Assembly: GCA_016200265.1 (NCBI GenBank)
Contig: JACQFE010000012.1
Location: 20,332 to 84,331, forward strand
Reading direction: 5' to 3'
From: Planctomycetota bacterium
GTDB lineage: Bacteria > Planctomycetota > Phycisphaerae > UBA1845
Length of the DNA: 64,000 nucleotides
In this document: in pieces, positions 9,157-18,360 of the stretch
How positions within the stretch are numbered: position 1 is the stretch's first letter
How the letters are laid out: the number at the start of each line of letters is the position of its first letter
Translations under genes and position numbers: made by a program
Notes under the pieces: generated by a model
Told to the model about the DNA's origin: nothing
Database searches by the model: none
Seen by the model: only the letters and a program-made list of their open reading frames with translations

Positions 9157-11091
9157 ATGACAATGACTACGAATGTGTGCGAAATAAGGAAGAGAAGCAT
9201 TCGGCTCATTCCCTGGGCAGGAGTCGCATTGATTGCCGCATGCGCGCCGGCCACTCTAACACACGATTGGTCGGCGTATCGCGGGCCAGGCGCGGAGTAT
9301 TTTCAAAAGACGGAAGTCGAAGCACCAGTTTTTTCCGACCCCGTGGAAGGATGGAACCGCGGTATGACGGCCGCCAACAATGCCGTCACCAACAATGTGC
9401 TGGAACCATTGAGTCAGGGGTATCGGTATCTGGTTCCGGGTAAGGCGCGTGAGGCGATCGCTCGCTTTGGACAAAACCTGCTCTATCCGCGCCGCGCTTT
9501 GGCGAATCTGTTTCGCGCCCGTTTCCATGATGCATGGGTGGAAACGAAACGATTTGCGGTCAATACGACGGTCGGCATTCTCGGTTTTCGCGATCCGGCG
9601 ACGCAAAAGGGGCTGCCTTCAACCAATCAGGACTTCGGGCTGACATTCGCGGCCTGGGGATGGAAACCTTCGAATCATTTGGTCGTTCCTTTGCTTGGAC
9701 CAAGTACGGGGCGCGATGCGGTTGCAATCGTCCCAGAAATGCTGACCGATCCGGCGTACTATTTTTTTCCATTGGATCCGTACCTTTGGTTCAACGCACA
9801 TAGCGATCAGCTCTCCAATTACCGTCGATTCGTTCATGGCAGCTTCGATCCTTACGACGACTTTCGTTTGGTGTGGACTCTGGATCGCGACCTCCAAGTC
9901 ACGCCCGAAAAATTTGAGCGCAGCACGGATGACACCGGCGCGACGCAAACGCTCGACGAAATCAAGTTCACCTGCAAAGACCCGGAGTTTCCCAACTCGA
10001 TGCGAAAACGGTGGGCGCGGGTTTCCTCGACGGGTCGAAATCTTCCATACAACTGTCGGATGCAGCCCGGCAAAGCGCCGATCGTTTTTATATTGCCCGG
10101 ATTCGCCGCGCATCGTGAGAGCCGTCTGGTGATGGCACTTGCCGAGCTGGCATACCGAAATGGATATTCCGTCGTCGCTCTCAGCAGCGCATATCACGAA
10201 GAGTTCATGGAACGTGCCTCGAGTGTGGCGCTTCCGGGATACACTCCGGTCGACGCCCACGACGTGCATCTTGCACTGGATGCGATTGATCGGGAATTGA
10301 ATCAATCGTATCCCGATCGCATCGGCCAAAAGGCGCTGATGGGGTATTCGATGGGCGCGTTCCATTCGATTTTCATCGCGGCGGCCGAACGGGAGAACGA
10401 AGGCAAGCTGGTTACGTTTGACCGGTACGTCGCTTTAAATCCGCCTGTAACGTTGCTGCATGGCGTGGAGGCGCTGGATCGTTATTACAATGCGCCGCTG
10501 CAATTTCCCGAGGACCAGCGACGCGCCATGGTTGAGCGAATCATGCGAAAGGCCGTCGACTCATTTCGCGATGTGCAGGATGGCGGTGCGGAAACTCGCC
10601 TTTCGGATTTGGAGGCACGCTTCGTGATCGGGATGTATTACCGCTTGACGCTGCGTGACATCATCTATGCGAGCCAGCAACGTCAGGACTTGGGGATTCT
10701 CGAAACACGGCAAGATTGGTTCCATCGGAACGCGGCCTACAGGGAAATTCTTCAATATTCATTCATGGAATATTTTTATGGATTCGTCCTGCCCTACTAT
10801 GCGAAACGAGACGCAACGGAGGTGGCCGAGACGATTCTCTCCAGGAACGACCTTCGTTCGCTTGGCGACTCTTTGCCGGGCGGTCGCAAAATCCGCGTAT
10901 TGACCAGTGAAAACGATTTTCTGTTGACTCCGGATGATATCTCGTGGTTGGTGCAAACATTGGGCAAAGATAACGTCACGCTGTATTCGAGCGGCGGTCA
11001 TTTTGGGGTCATGACCAAGCCGGAAGTCCAGAAGGACGTGATTGAATCGCTTGCGGGGTTAGGAGCAAGCGCAACGTCGTCCGAGCGATGA
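9157..11091 (+). CDS. MlaA/VacJ-like lipoprotein domain fused to a C-terminal alpha/beta-hydrolase-like domain
   Basis: AAGGAGGAG SD 14 nt upstream of ATG 9157. Lipoprotein-like leader ending IAACAP. VacJ/MlaA motifs (NRGMTAANNAV..., RFAVNTTVGILGFRDPA, DFGLTFAAWGW, VVPLLGPSTGRD). C-terminal half has a nucleophile elbow GYSMGAF. Confidence 0.7.
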   Translation: MTMTTNVCEIRKRSIRLIPWAGVALIAACAPATLTHDWSAYRGPGAEYFQKTEVEAPVFSDPVEGWNRGMTAANNAVTNNVLEPLSQGYRYLVPGKAREAIARFGQNLLYPRRALANLFRARFHDAWVETKRFAVNTTVGILGFRDPATQKGLPSTNQDFGLTFAAWGWKPSNHLVVPLLGPSTGRDAVAIVPEMLTDPAYYFFPLDPYLWFNAHSDQLSNYRRFVHGSFDPYDDFRLVWTLDRDLQVTPEKFERSTDDTGATQTLDEIKFTCKDPEFPNSMRKRWARVSSTGRNLPYNCRMQPGKAPIVFILPGFAAHRESRLVMALAELAYRNGYSVVALSSAYHEEFMERASSVALPGYTPVDAHDVHLALDAIDRELNQSYPDRIGQKALMGYSMGAFHSIFIAAAERENEGKLVTFDRYVALNPPVTLLHGVEALDRYYNAPLQFPEDQRRAMVERIMRKAVDSFRDVQDGGAETRLSDLEARFVIGMYYRLTLRDIIYASQQRQDLGILETRQDWFHRNAAYREILQYSFMEYFYGFVLPYYAKRDATEVAETILSRNDLRSLGDSLPGGRKIRVLTSENDFLLTPDDISWLVQTLGKDNVTLYSSGGHFGVMTKPEVQKDVIESLAGLGASATSSER

Positions 11092-11323
11092 GCAGGATAT
11101 TTGTGAGTGAATGCTGAATGCGATCAGAAGAAGCGGGGGCATTTGGCAGGTACAATCTTGATCCCCAGCAACTTACCCAGCAATCAGAGTGCGTTTCACA
11201 GCCAAAGAGTGCGAAAGGGTGCGAAGAGGAGTCATCTCGCCAGCGCCAATCGCCTCATGCGCAAGTCTTTGCAGCTGCGGAAGTTAACGACGCATTGCGA
11301 TGCGATGCGGCTCACGACGAAAC

Positions 11324-11395
11324 AGCGGGCGACGCGACTCGAACGCGCAACGTTCAGCTTGGAAGGCTGATGCTCTACCATTGAGCTACGCCCGC
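11324..11395 (-). tRNA. tRNA-Gly (anticodon UCC)
   Basis: Minus strand reads GCGGGCG-TA-GCTC-AATGGTA-GAGC-A-TCAGC-CTTCCAA-GCTGA-ACGTT-GCGCG-TTCGAGT-CGCGT-CGCCCGC-T. This gives a complete cloverleaf, anticodon TCC and U73 discriminator. CCA is not encoded. Confidence 0.9.
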
Positions 11396-11404
11396 AAACG
11401 CGGT

Positions 11405-11443
11405 TTTGCTCTACTTAAGCAAAGAGATTTGCTCTACTTAAGC
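11405..11443 (+). repeat. Two direct copies of TTTGCTCTACTTAAGC (23-nt period) between the tRNA and the integrase gene
   Basis: Copies at 11405-11420 and 11428-11443. The core TGCTCTAC also occurs in the adjacent tRNA D-arm region (plus strand ...gatgctctaccattgagc). Confidence 0.8.
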
Positions 11444-11501
11444 CCGGACAACCGCTATAATGCCGGGAGAGACACCCCGGCATTGTACGCGGATTTTCGG
11501 C

Positions 11502-12734
11502 ATGGCCAAGGCCCGACAACGCATTCCAAAGCTCAGATTCACGTCGTGGCGAAAGCTCGGCTGGCATGTTGCTTTTCGAGATGCGACGACGGGTTCGCCC
11601 CGCAAACACGTATTCAAAATTCGCGGTCGCGAGCGTGAAGCGGAGGCCCGGGTTCTCTACCATGCGTGGGTGCTTGAACACATTGGCGGTAACGGCAATC
11701 CGGCCCATCCGACCCAGGCCAAAGCGATAGGGCGACGAAAACCCTCAAACAATCTACTTTCGGGGAGCCTCCTGGAAATCGCAAGCGGGCTCATCGCTGT
11801 CGAGCGCGGAAGAGCACGTAAAGACGGTGAATCGCGGAGACGTGGCACGATTGACCGGCGTGTGTTTTCGGATCGGAAGAAACAAATCCGGGACTTCCTC
11901 GGGTTTCTGAACGAGCGTCACGGTGCAGGAGCTGTCTCCAAGATGCAGTTGGCCGACCTGGCGATGGATGATGTCGAGGCGTACAACCAATTCATCGCTG
12001 GAAAGGGATACTCCGCCTCGCAGGTGGCGAAACGCATCGGAGTTATCAAAGCGATCATCGACCGTGCCGGCAGGCCCGAGCATGGCGGGCAGGTTCTTGG
12101 GTGGAATTGGGACTCTCGTGATGTTGCCCACGGAGTTCCGACCGAGGAACGGGCGCTACCCAGTGTAAAGCAACTTCGGCGGCTTCTGCGAGCAACGGAT
12201 AATCGCGGACGCACCATGATCTGGCTGGGGATTGGACTTGGTCTAGGTGCGCGCGATATTGCTGCTATTCGTGTCGGGCAGATCGCGAGAGAATCATACG
12301 ACTTGCGAAGGGGCAAGACAGGCGTGGAACGGTATGGCGGAACTCCGCAGTTGGTATGGCTTTACGTTTCGAGGCTTCAGGCGGAGCGCAGGCGTGCAGC
12401 CGGTGAGCTCTTGTTCGTCACTCGGAACGGCTTACCAGTTGTTCACGGTGCATCAAACGCAGTAACGCAATGGTGGGAGAAGCTTCGCGAGCGGGTTGCG
12501 AAAAAGAACGAAGCGATTTGCAGCTTTTACACATTGAGACATCTCGGCGCAACGGAATTCGGTTGCCGCCCGAATACATCGATCAGTGATGTGAAGCGTT
12601 GGCTCGGCCACTCCGCGAGTTCGCGCATGGCGGATGTGTACATGCGGCCGGTGCGGCCGGAGTATCGCGAACTTGTTGAGTGGGTACGTCGCAAGCTCAA
12701 CACGAAGTTTGGGGGCGGGGAGCGAGGCCATTAA
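11502..12734 (+). CDS. Tyrosine recombinase / phage-type integrase
   Basis: C-terminal catalytic region ...FYTLRHLGATEF...WLGHSASSRMADVYMRP (R..H-x-x-R..Y pattern). Lies next to a tRNA gene. The longest ORF starts at 11460. Confidence 0.85.
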   Translation: MAKARQRIPKLRFTSWRKLGWHVAFRDATTGSPRKHVFKIRGREREAEARVLYHAWVLEHIGGNGNPAHPTQAKAIGRRKPSNNLLSGSLLEIASGLIAVERGRARKDGESRRRGTIDRRVFSDRKKQIRDFLGFLNERHGAGAVSKMQLADLAMDDVEAYNQFIAGKGYSASQVAKRIGVIKAIIDRAGRPEHGGQVLGWNWDSRDVAHGVPTEERALPSVKQLRRLLRATDNRGRTMIWLGIGLGLGARDIAAIRVGQIARESYDLRRGKTGVERYGGTPQLVWLYVSRLQAERRRAAGELLFVTRNGLPVVHGASNAVTQWWEKLRERVAKKNEAICSFYTLRHLGATEFGCRPNTSISDVKRWLGHSASSRMADVYMRPVRPEYRELVEWVRRKLNTKFGGGERGH

Positions 12735-14740
12735 ATGTCCGTCGTCGGAGTCATCCGAGGAATAGCATCGAGCGGCGAGCCGGTTGGAGGAAAAGGAAGC
12801 TGCGCGGTCTGTGCAGTTGGTGCGGCCAAGCCTAGTCGGCGGTGATCTTCGTCGTCCCATGCACGAAGGTATTGGTGCTGTGTCTCGCCTGGAATGAAGT
12901 TTTCCCCCGTGCCCGGATTCCAGAGGTTTGTTTTGAACCGACATGCCGCCGTGTACACACCGATAGCGGGTGTAATGTAGTAACCGTGGAAAACGCCTAG
13001 AGCCTTGTCAGGAAGCGGAAGGCGCATGATTTCCGAGGAGAAAACGGTTTCTTCTTTCAGAATGTGTTCAGTTACCGTGGTAGTGCTGCTGCCCCCTTGG
13101 GGACCTGACGTGAAACCTTCGCTTCTTGTGAATCGGCGGATTTGGCCGTCACTGATGGTTTGTGAACCCCAGCGGGCGGTCGGTTCGCTGTCAACGCGAA
13201 GAATCGCCTTGTTTGCACACATCCCTACCAGTTCGTTGGCGCTGTGGTCTCCATATACATGCCGCAGCCCCTCAATGTCTTGAAAGCCGATTGCTACTCT
13301 GGCCCCTTTGGAACGACCTTTACTAAGGAGCCTGGGAAGGGTTTCGAGTTTCCCGGCTTCCTTGGCCTCGTCAAAAAAGATCCACGTTCGACGGGTAGCT
13401 GATTCGCTGTCGCTGAGAAGCAATTCCGTCAATCGCTCAATGAGCAGTCGGTTGATTGCGTCAAGCGGCGCACGGATGGTTTCGTCGCTTCCGAGGACAA
13501 GAATGGATTCCTGCCGACGCCACTGGGCGAGGCTAAACGTGTTCGCAGTGCGCGACCACAATGCGGCGATCGGTTCGAACACGGACATTCGGCTGGCAAG
13601 CGTGGACTTGACGCTGGCGAGTGTCCTCTCTTCCTTGAAGTGTTGGTCGAGAACATCGCGCGTCTCAGTAGTGGATTCGAGAAGGTTGCGGAGCCGGTCT
13701 TCACTTCGGATGACGAAGAGGATGTCTCGCAGAGTCCAAACGCGGGGACTGTGAATGATGAAGGCTTTGAGTACTCCGGTCAGAATGTCGCGAGCGGCGT
13801 CGGTGAAGTATCGGTTGTGGCTGTGCTCTTCGGGAATGAAGATCGAGGCAATCTGGAGCGCGGTCGCAGGGTCAGTTATATCGTCCGCCATGTTCCAGGC
13901 GGAAGACCTGACGTCGAAGGGATTGAGGATGACGACCTCGCATCCGAGCTTCATACCGCTGAGAAGTGAAAGCATGTCGCGCTTGGCATCATAGACGAGC
14001 GCTCGCCAGTCGCTGCCTGGGATTATTCGCGGGATCACGCTCTGCATGAGTAGGCGAAGCGTTACCGTCTTTCCGCTTCCCGTTGCACCGACGGCGCAGA
14101 AATGCCCTTCTGAATATCGCTCCGGAAGATGGATCGATCCCCAATAGATGGAGCCATTCGGATCAGGCGGGAGTGTCCGTGCGAAGCCGAGCGCGGTCTG
14201 GGAATCCAAGAGGGTCGTACCGCGAAGGACGTGGTCGACTCGAGAAACGGGCGTTGCGAAGAACCACAATGCGGCCGACTCGATGCCTATTGTTATGAAG
14301 CCTCCAGCCGCCCAACCGAGAACGATTTGATGGGTGTATCGCGGTGCGATCAGGCCACCCAACAAGAGGCCGGCGGGAAGGACGAGCATCCGCAGCACCA
14401 GCAAAAGGACCATGGAGCCAACTGGTGTTGTGTCCGTGATGTTGGCCCGCGGAAGAAGCCCCGTGTCGATGAGTTGGAAATATGGAAACTCACCAAGACG
14501 GCCCCAGACAAGTGTCCCGGCGTTTTGCGAGGCGGTGCGGCGAATGACAACGAAAAATACCACTGTGGCGCCGATGGCTGTGGCGCCGTTCACCCAGAAA
14601 GGATTCCATTGGAAATATCGCCTCGCACCAAAGTACATGACGATGACGGTAAGAGCGAGGTGCAGGAGGCCTGCGCCGGCTAGGAGAGTGAACCGAATGA
14701 TCGGTCTTAACTGCGGTCGAAGCCAGCGGGACGTCGGCAT
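12731..14740 (-). CDS. Type IV coupling protein (TraD/TraG/VirD4 family)
   Basis: N-terminal TM helices, Walker A GATGSGKT, Walker B region WIFFDEAKEAG, then RSKGARVAIGFQDIEGL. Lies directly downstream of the relaxase. Confidence 0.8.
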   Translation of the reverse strand: MPTSRWLRPQLRPIIRFTLLAGAGLLHLALTVIVMYFGARRYFQWNPFWVNGATAIGATVVFFVVIRRTASQNAGTLVWGRLGEFPYFQLIDTGLLPRANITDTTPVGSMVLLLVLRMLVLPAGLLLGGLIAPRYTHQIVLGWAAGGFITIGIESAALWFFATPVSRVDHVLRGTTLLDSQTALGFARTLPPDPNGSIYWGSIHLPERYSEGHFCAVGATGSGKTVTLRLLMQSVIPRIIPGSDWRALVYDAKRDMLSLLSGMKLGCEVVILNPFDVRSSAWNMADDITDPATALQIASIFIPEEHSHNRYFTDAARDILTGVLKAFIIHSPRVWTLRDILFVIRSEDRLRNLLESTTETRDVLDQHFKEERTLASVKSTLASRMSVFEPIAALWSRTANTFSLAQWRRQESILVLGSDETIRAPLDAINRLLIERLTELLLSDSESATRRTWIFFDEAKEAGKLETLPRLLSKGRSKGARVAIGFQDIEGLRHVYGDHSANELVGMCANKAILRVDSEPTARWGSQTISDGQIRRFTRSEGFTSGPQGGSSTTTVTEHILKEETVFSSEIMRLPLPDKALGVFHGYYITPAIGVYTAACRFKTNLWNPGTGENFIPGETQHQYLRAWDDEDHRRLGLAAPTAQTAQLPFPPTGSPLDAIPRMTPTTDI

Positions 14741-14742
14741 GC

Positions 14743-17355
14743 TCAGCGCTCCAGGGCGATCTCCGCCTCGTTCTTTTGCCTCGCGAGGTCGACCGCGAGT
14801 TCTTTTGCCCGCGACTCGCTCATTTGGCGAGCAAGATTTGCAAGGCCGGGACCGGCCTCATGTTCATCAGTATAGAAGCGGGTTTGGCCCCTCGCCCGGG
14901 AGGCCTGGGTGTAGGATAACTCGCGGTGTTGCATGAATCCACCAAGAAGCACAAAGGCGTCTTCAACGGTCGTCCCCTGCCCCTTGTGGGTCGTAACCGC
15001 GTAGCCGAGCTTGACGTGGGGATAACTGTTGAGGGGAATGACTACGTCGCGACCGTCGTCAAGGGCGACGGTAATCGTGTTTCTCAATCGGCCCTTGCTA
15101 ACGACGGTTCCCAGGTCGCCGTTGTGAACTCCTAGCGGCCGTGAGTTCTTGTCTAAAAGGACGCGGTCGCCCTCGAAAATGTATCCATCGCGCAGGCGGA
15201 CGCAGTGGGCGGGGCTGAGTCGACCGGCACGCAGCCGCGCGTCCTGACATTGAAGGTTGAGTGCCTCGGTTTCGACATTGGTCCCGCAGAAAATAAGAGC
15301 GCGCTCTGAGTGATGTCCGTGCGCGTCAGCCCAGTCAGTGACCAGTCGATCCATCGCTTCGCTGCGGTCTTTCGCCACGGTGAGCAACCCGCGCTCTGCC
15401 AGATCCTTCAGGGCACCCTTGGCGTTACCTTTCGCAAGTTCCTGCACCAGCTTACGGTCCTTTTCCTCGCGTTGGCGAATGATCTTGGTGAGCTTGGCGG
15501 GTTCATGCCGGTCGGCCAAAGCCGCAAAAGGCGCTCCAGCTTCAATGGCTTGGAGTTGTTGTCGGTCGCCGACAAGGACAAGCTTCCCACCTCCTCTCCT
15601 AGTCGCGTCAACGAACCGTGCCATCTGCCGTGTGCCGACCATGTTGGCCTCATCGATGATCAGCACCGTCTTCTTGTCAATCTTGAGTTGCTTGAAACGA
15701 TAGGTGGGTTTACCCACCCCGGCGCGGAGCAGTTGAAGTAGGTGGTGACGAAGTTTCCACGCGAACGTTGGCTTCATGAGTAGTTCGATCGTCCGAAGGG
15801 TGCCAGAGCGGATTCCTGAGCCCTTCTGAAGTTCTCGGGCGGCCTTCGCCGCCAAGGCGCCGCCGATCACATGATATCCCGCCTTCTCGAAGATTTCGCG
15901 ACAGGCGGTCAAGGCGGCTGTTTTTCCGGAACCGGCCACACCGGCGAGAATGGCTAGACTGCCTCGCCGGGTGATATGGCGGACGGTTTGGGCTTGTTCG
16001 GCGGAGAGAACGATGTTCGCGTCGCGGCCGATGCGTGTTCGGTCGACGGGGCTCGTTCGGAGTCCTCGGGCGGCGCGAACGAATTGTCGCCCGTGGTGCT
16101 TCAGCTCCTCCATGAGCGGCGAGCGCGAGGCTTCGTAGCGCTTTAGCACGCCTTCTATCGAACGTGCACTGATGGCATGACTGCGTTTGTGGGACAGCTT
16201 GTTGGCCGAATCCAACAGACTCTTTTCCAGAGTCAGCATCTCGTGCGTCGTGTAGCGGGCCTCGTCGTTCTTTTCGCCGACGTGAACAAAGCGCGGTGAG
16301 GCAAGTGCGTCCGAGACGGCAGTGCGCAGGTCGGAGACGGAGGCCCCGAGAGTTTGCGAGAGCTCGGCTGTGCGGCGCAGGAGTTCACCTCTGGAGAAAT
16401 GGCTTTCTTGTTCAGTGATTTCGTTTGCCGCGCGTTGCACAAGATCCTTCAAGCAGGATGGGGCGGCAGTGTTCGGAGGCGTTGGGGTTAGCTGCTGGGG
16501 AGAGTAGCCGTGGGCGATGCCGACCTCCCGCCACTTTGCAAACAGTTCACTACGCGGTGGAACCAGCGTCTTCGGTTCTCTCGTGGCAAGGGCGGCGAAG
16601 GCCGCGGCACTGGCGCTCTCCATGCCGTGACTTCCAAGCAGGGCTTCGATCGTTTTTCGGCGCTTGGAAAACTCGTCGATCAGCGATTGGGAAACGCCTT
16701 TGACTTCGAACCAAGTTCGCTTCGGTTCGCATTCCAATCCGAGCACGGTTAAGCGTGTGGCGAGTCCCACGCGATACAAAGCCCCCGCCACCATCTTGTG
16801 CTTGTAGATTGGTTTGCTCAGGATGGTTCCGGTGGTCCCGTCGGGGCGAACGGCCGCGTTCATGACCAAACAGTGAGTGTGCGGTTGCGGGTCGAGGGCG
16901 CGGCTCGTTGCGTGTTCAAATGTGGCCACGATGAGCTTTGCGTGTTCCCGCCTCACCCCATCTTTGCCACGTCGGGAAAAAGCCACCTCGTCTTCAAGAT
17001 AAGCGAGCGCTTCCTTTACCGCGGCGAAGTGCGCGACTTGTATCGCACGGCGGGTGTTCTCGTCGCTTTGACTCCAAACGGTGCTCACGGACTTGGGCGC
17101 GGAGAACGTGAGATCCCAACCGGGCTGATGCCTTAGGCTCCCGGCGTTCTGAATGAGCAGCGCTCCATCAGGGGAGAATCCCGAAAAGATCTGCTCCAGG
17201 GCTGACCGCTCAACCCTTCCGCTCAGGCCAAGAGCCTCAGCCCCCTTCCCCCACCACTGTCCGGGAGGCTCGCCGCCGTTGAGGTAATAGTCCGCTTGGG
17301 CGAGTTCCAGGTAGTAGCGAACCTGCCCATGCCCCATCGCAGCAATAGAGAGCAT
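14743..17355 (-). CDS. MobF-family relaxase (TrwC/TraI-like) with C-terminal RecD/TraA-like helicase
   Basis: N-terminus MLSIAAMGHGQVRYYLELAQADYYLNGGEPPGQWWGKGAEALGLSG is TrwC-like. Histidine triad region ATSRALDPQPHTHCLVMNA. Helicase Walker A GVAGSGKT and VLIIDEANMV. Confidence 0.88.
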   Translation of the reverse strand: MLSIAAMGHGQVRYYLELAQADYYLNGGEPPGQWWGKGAEALGLSGRVERSALEQIFSGFSPDGALLIQNAGSLRHQPGWDLTFSAPKSVSTVWSQSDENTRRAIQVAHFAAVKEALAYLEDEVAFSRRGKDGVRREHAKLIVATFEHATSRALDPQPHTHCLVMNAAVRPDGTTGTILSKPIYKHKMVAGALYRVGLATRLTVLGLECEPKRTWFEVKGVSQSLIDEFSKRRKTIEALLGSHGMESASAAAFAALATREPKTLVPPRSELFAKWREVGIAHGYSPQQLTPTPPNTAAPSCLKDLVQRAANEITEQESHFSRGELLRRTAELSQTLGASVSDLRTAVSDALASPRFVHVGEKNDEARYTTHEMLTLEKSLLDSANKLSHKRSHAISARSIEGVLKRYEASRSPLMEELKHHGRQFVRAARGLRTSPVDRTRIGRDANIVLSAEQAQTVRHITRRGSLAILAGVAGSGKTAALTACREIFEKAGYHVIGGALAAKAARELQKGSGIRSGTLRTIELLMKPTFAWKLRHHLLQLLRAGVGKPTYRFKQLKIDKKTVLIIDEANMVGTRQMARFVDATRRGGGKLVLVGDRQQLQAIEAGAPFAALADRHEPAKLTKIIRQREEKDRKLVQELAKGNAKGALKDLAERGLLTVAKDRSEAMDRLVTDWADAHGHHSERALIFCGTNVETEALNLQCQDARLRAGRLSPAHCVRLRDGYIFEGDRVLLDKNSRPLGVHNGDLGTVVSKGRLRNTITVALDDGRDVVIPLNSYPHVKLGYAVTTHKGQGTTVEDAFVLLGGFMQHRELSYTQASRARGQTRFYTDEHEAGPGLANLARQMSESRAKELAVDLARQKNEAEIALER

Positions 17356-17367
17356 CGCCGGGGCCTT

Positions 17368-17709
17368 TCACGCCAAGAGGTTCGCTTTAATCCACGATTT
17401 GATTTGCTCGGGACTGGACCGCTTTTCTTTGGGCACCGCCTCATTGATCACAGCCAGGATGCCGGCGGTCGCGGTGGCGAGGTCGGCGCGAATCTTGGTG
17501 ACCTCGGCTCGGAGCGTGACCACGTCGTCACGGAGTTGTTCGTGCTTCTCGGCTCCGCCCAGGGCGTCAATGAGCGCCTTCCGGGCGAAGTCGTTTCGGC
17601 TCAACTTGTCGCGCCCGTGGGCCGCGTTGTATTTCTCGGTTTGTTCGTCGAGCTGGGCAACGAAGCTCGCCGGAAGCCGGAAACTGATCGTCGGGCTGCG
17701 TTCGGGCAT
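17368..17709 (-). CDS. Ribbon-helix-helix relaxosome accessory protein (MobC-like position)
   Basis: 113 aa. N-terminal RHH-like strand TISFRLPASFVAQLDE... Lies immediately upstream of the relaxase. Confidence 0.55.
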   Translation of the reverse strand: MPERSPTISFRLPASFVAQLDEQTEKYNAAHGRDKLSRNDFARKALIDALGGAEKHEQLRDDVVTLRAEVTKIRADLATATAGILAVINEAVPKEKRSSPEQIKSWIKANLLA

Positions 17710-17977
17710 AATCTCAAACCATCCTCAGTACGCGGACAACATAAGTCGCTGTAAATCGTGCAGTTAGGGAGAGATCCACGGGCTTCTGTCTACACATTGC
17801 AGACATCTGAAACAAGCGAAAGCGTAGCGGTTTTCTGCCAAAATGCGAGCGCTTTGTTTGCATCGCTAGGTGCATCAGGTGTGCTCTCCCCGAAGCCATC
17901 CAAAAACATCCAGAAAAGCACAAGAATGGGCCAGGTGGGGCCCTAAGTCCGTGACCTGCGTTTACGCCGCTAGTATC
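17710..17977. other. Candidate oriT region
   Basis: Non-coding gap upstream of the RHH/relaxase operon. It contains TTCTGTCTACAC, which weakly resembles the R388 (MobF) nic region ...ATTGTCT/ATAG. Only short inverted repeats are visible. Confidence 0.3.
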
Positions 17978-18229
17978 TCAAACCTCATCTTGAGCCCGCT
18001 GGTGAATCCAGCAGGCGGCCTGCCTTGCGACTTCGGCGACGAGCAAAAGGTCATCTCTTCCAAAGGAATCCGAGACCTTCCAATCGCCGCCGTTTTTTTC
18101 GTCTTTATAGATTCGACGAATCTGCACGTTGTGTCGGGAGCTTCCGCCCTCCGTCTCGTTGTGCCAAATCGTCGCCTTGATTCGCCCCAGGCGAATCTCA
18201 TGGGCTGGCTTGTTTTTCTCGTTTGCCAT
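17978..18229 (-). CDS. Small conserved protein, paralog 1 of a 3-member family (unknown function; possibly PC4/YdbC-like ssDNA binder)
   Basis: 83 aa with GAAAGGAG SD. Aligns with the products of 19133..19405 and 37324..37578 (KP-x-h-x-IR-x-G-x-I-x-A/V-S/T-I/V-W ... R-x-Y-K/R ... W/Y-x-x-S-x-SF-R/G-x-x-D, then a helix). Confidence 0.7.
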   Translation of the reverse strand: MANEKNKPAHEIRLGRIKATIWHNETEGGSSRHNVQIRRIYKDEKNGGDWKVSDSFGRDDLLLVAEVARQAACWIHQRAQDEV

Positions 18230-18246
18230 TTGAGTGTTCTCCTTTC

Positions 18247-18296
18247 TGAACCTTTATACGGGGGCCACCTGGCTTACTTTGGTTATGGTTGGTTCA
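18247..18296 (-). promoter_or_regulatory. SD-proximal stem-loop upstream of 17978..18229
   Basis: TGAACC (18247-18252) pairs with GGTTCA (18291-18296). On the coding strand the 3' arm abuts the SD GAAAGGAG. Confidence 0.4.
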
Positions 18297-18360
18297 AGAG
18301 AGGATGTAGCATCAAAGTGAGCGGACCCCGCCGGGGAGCGAAGCCCCGACGGAACGTCCG

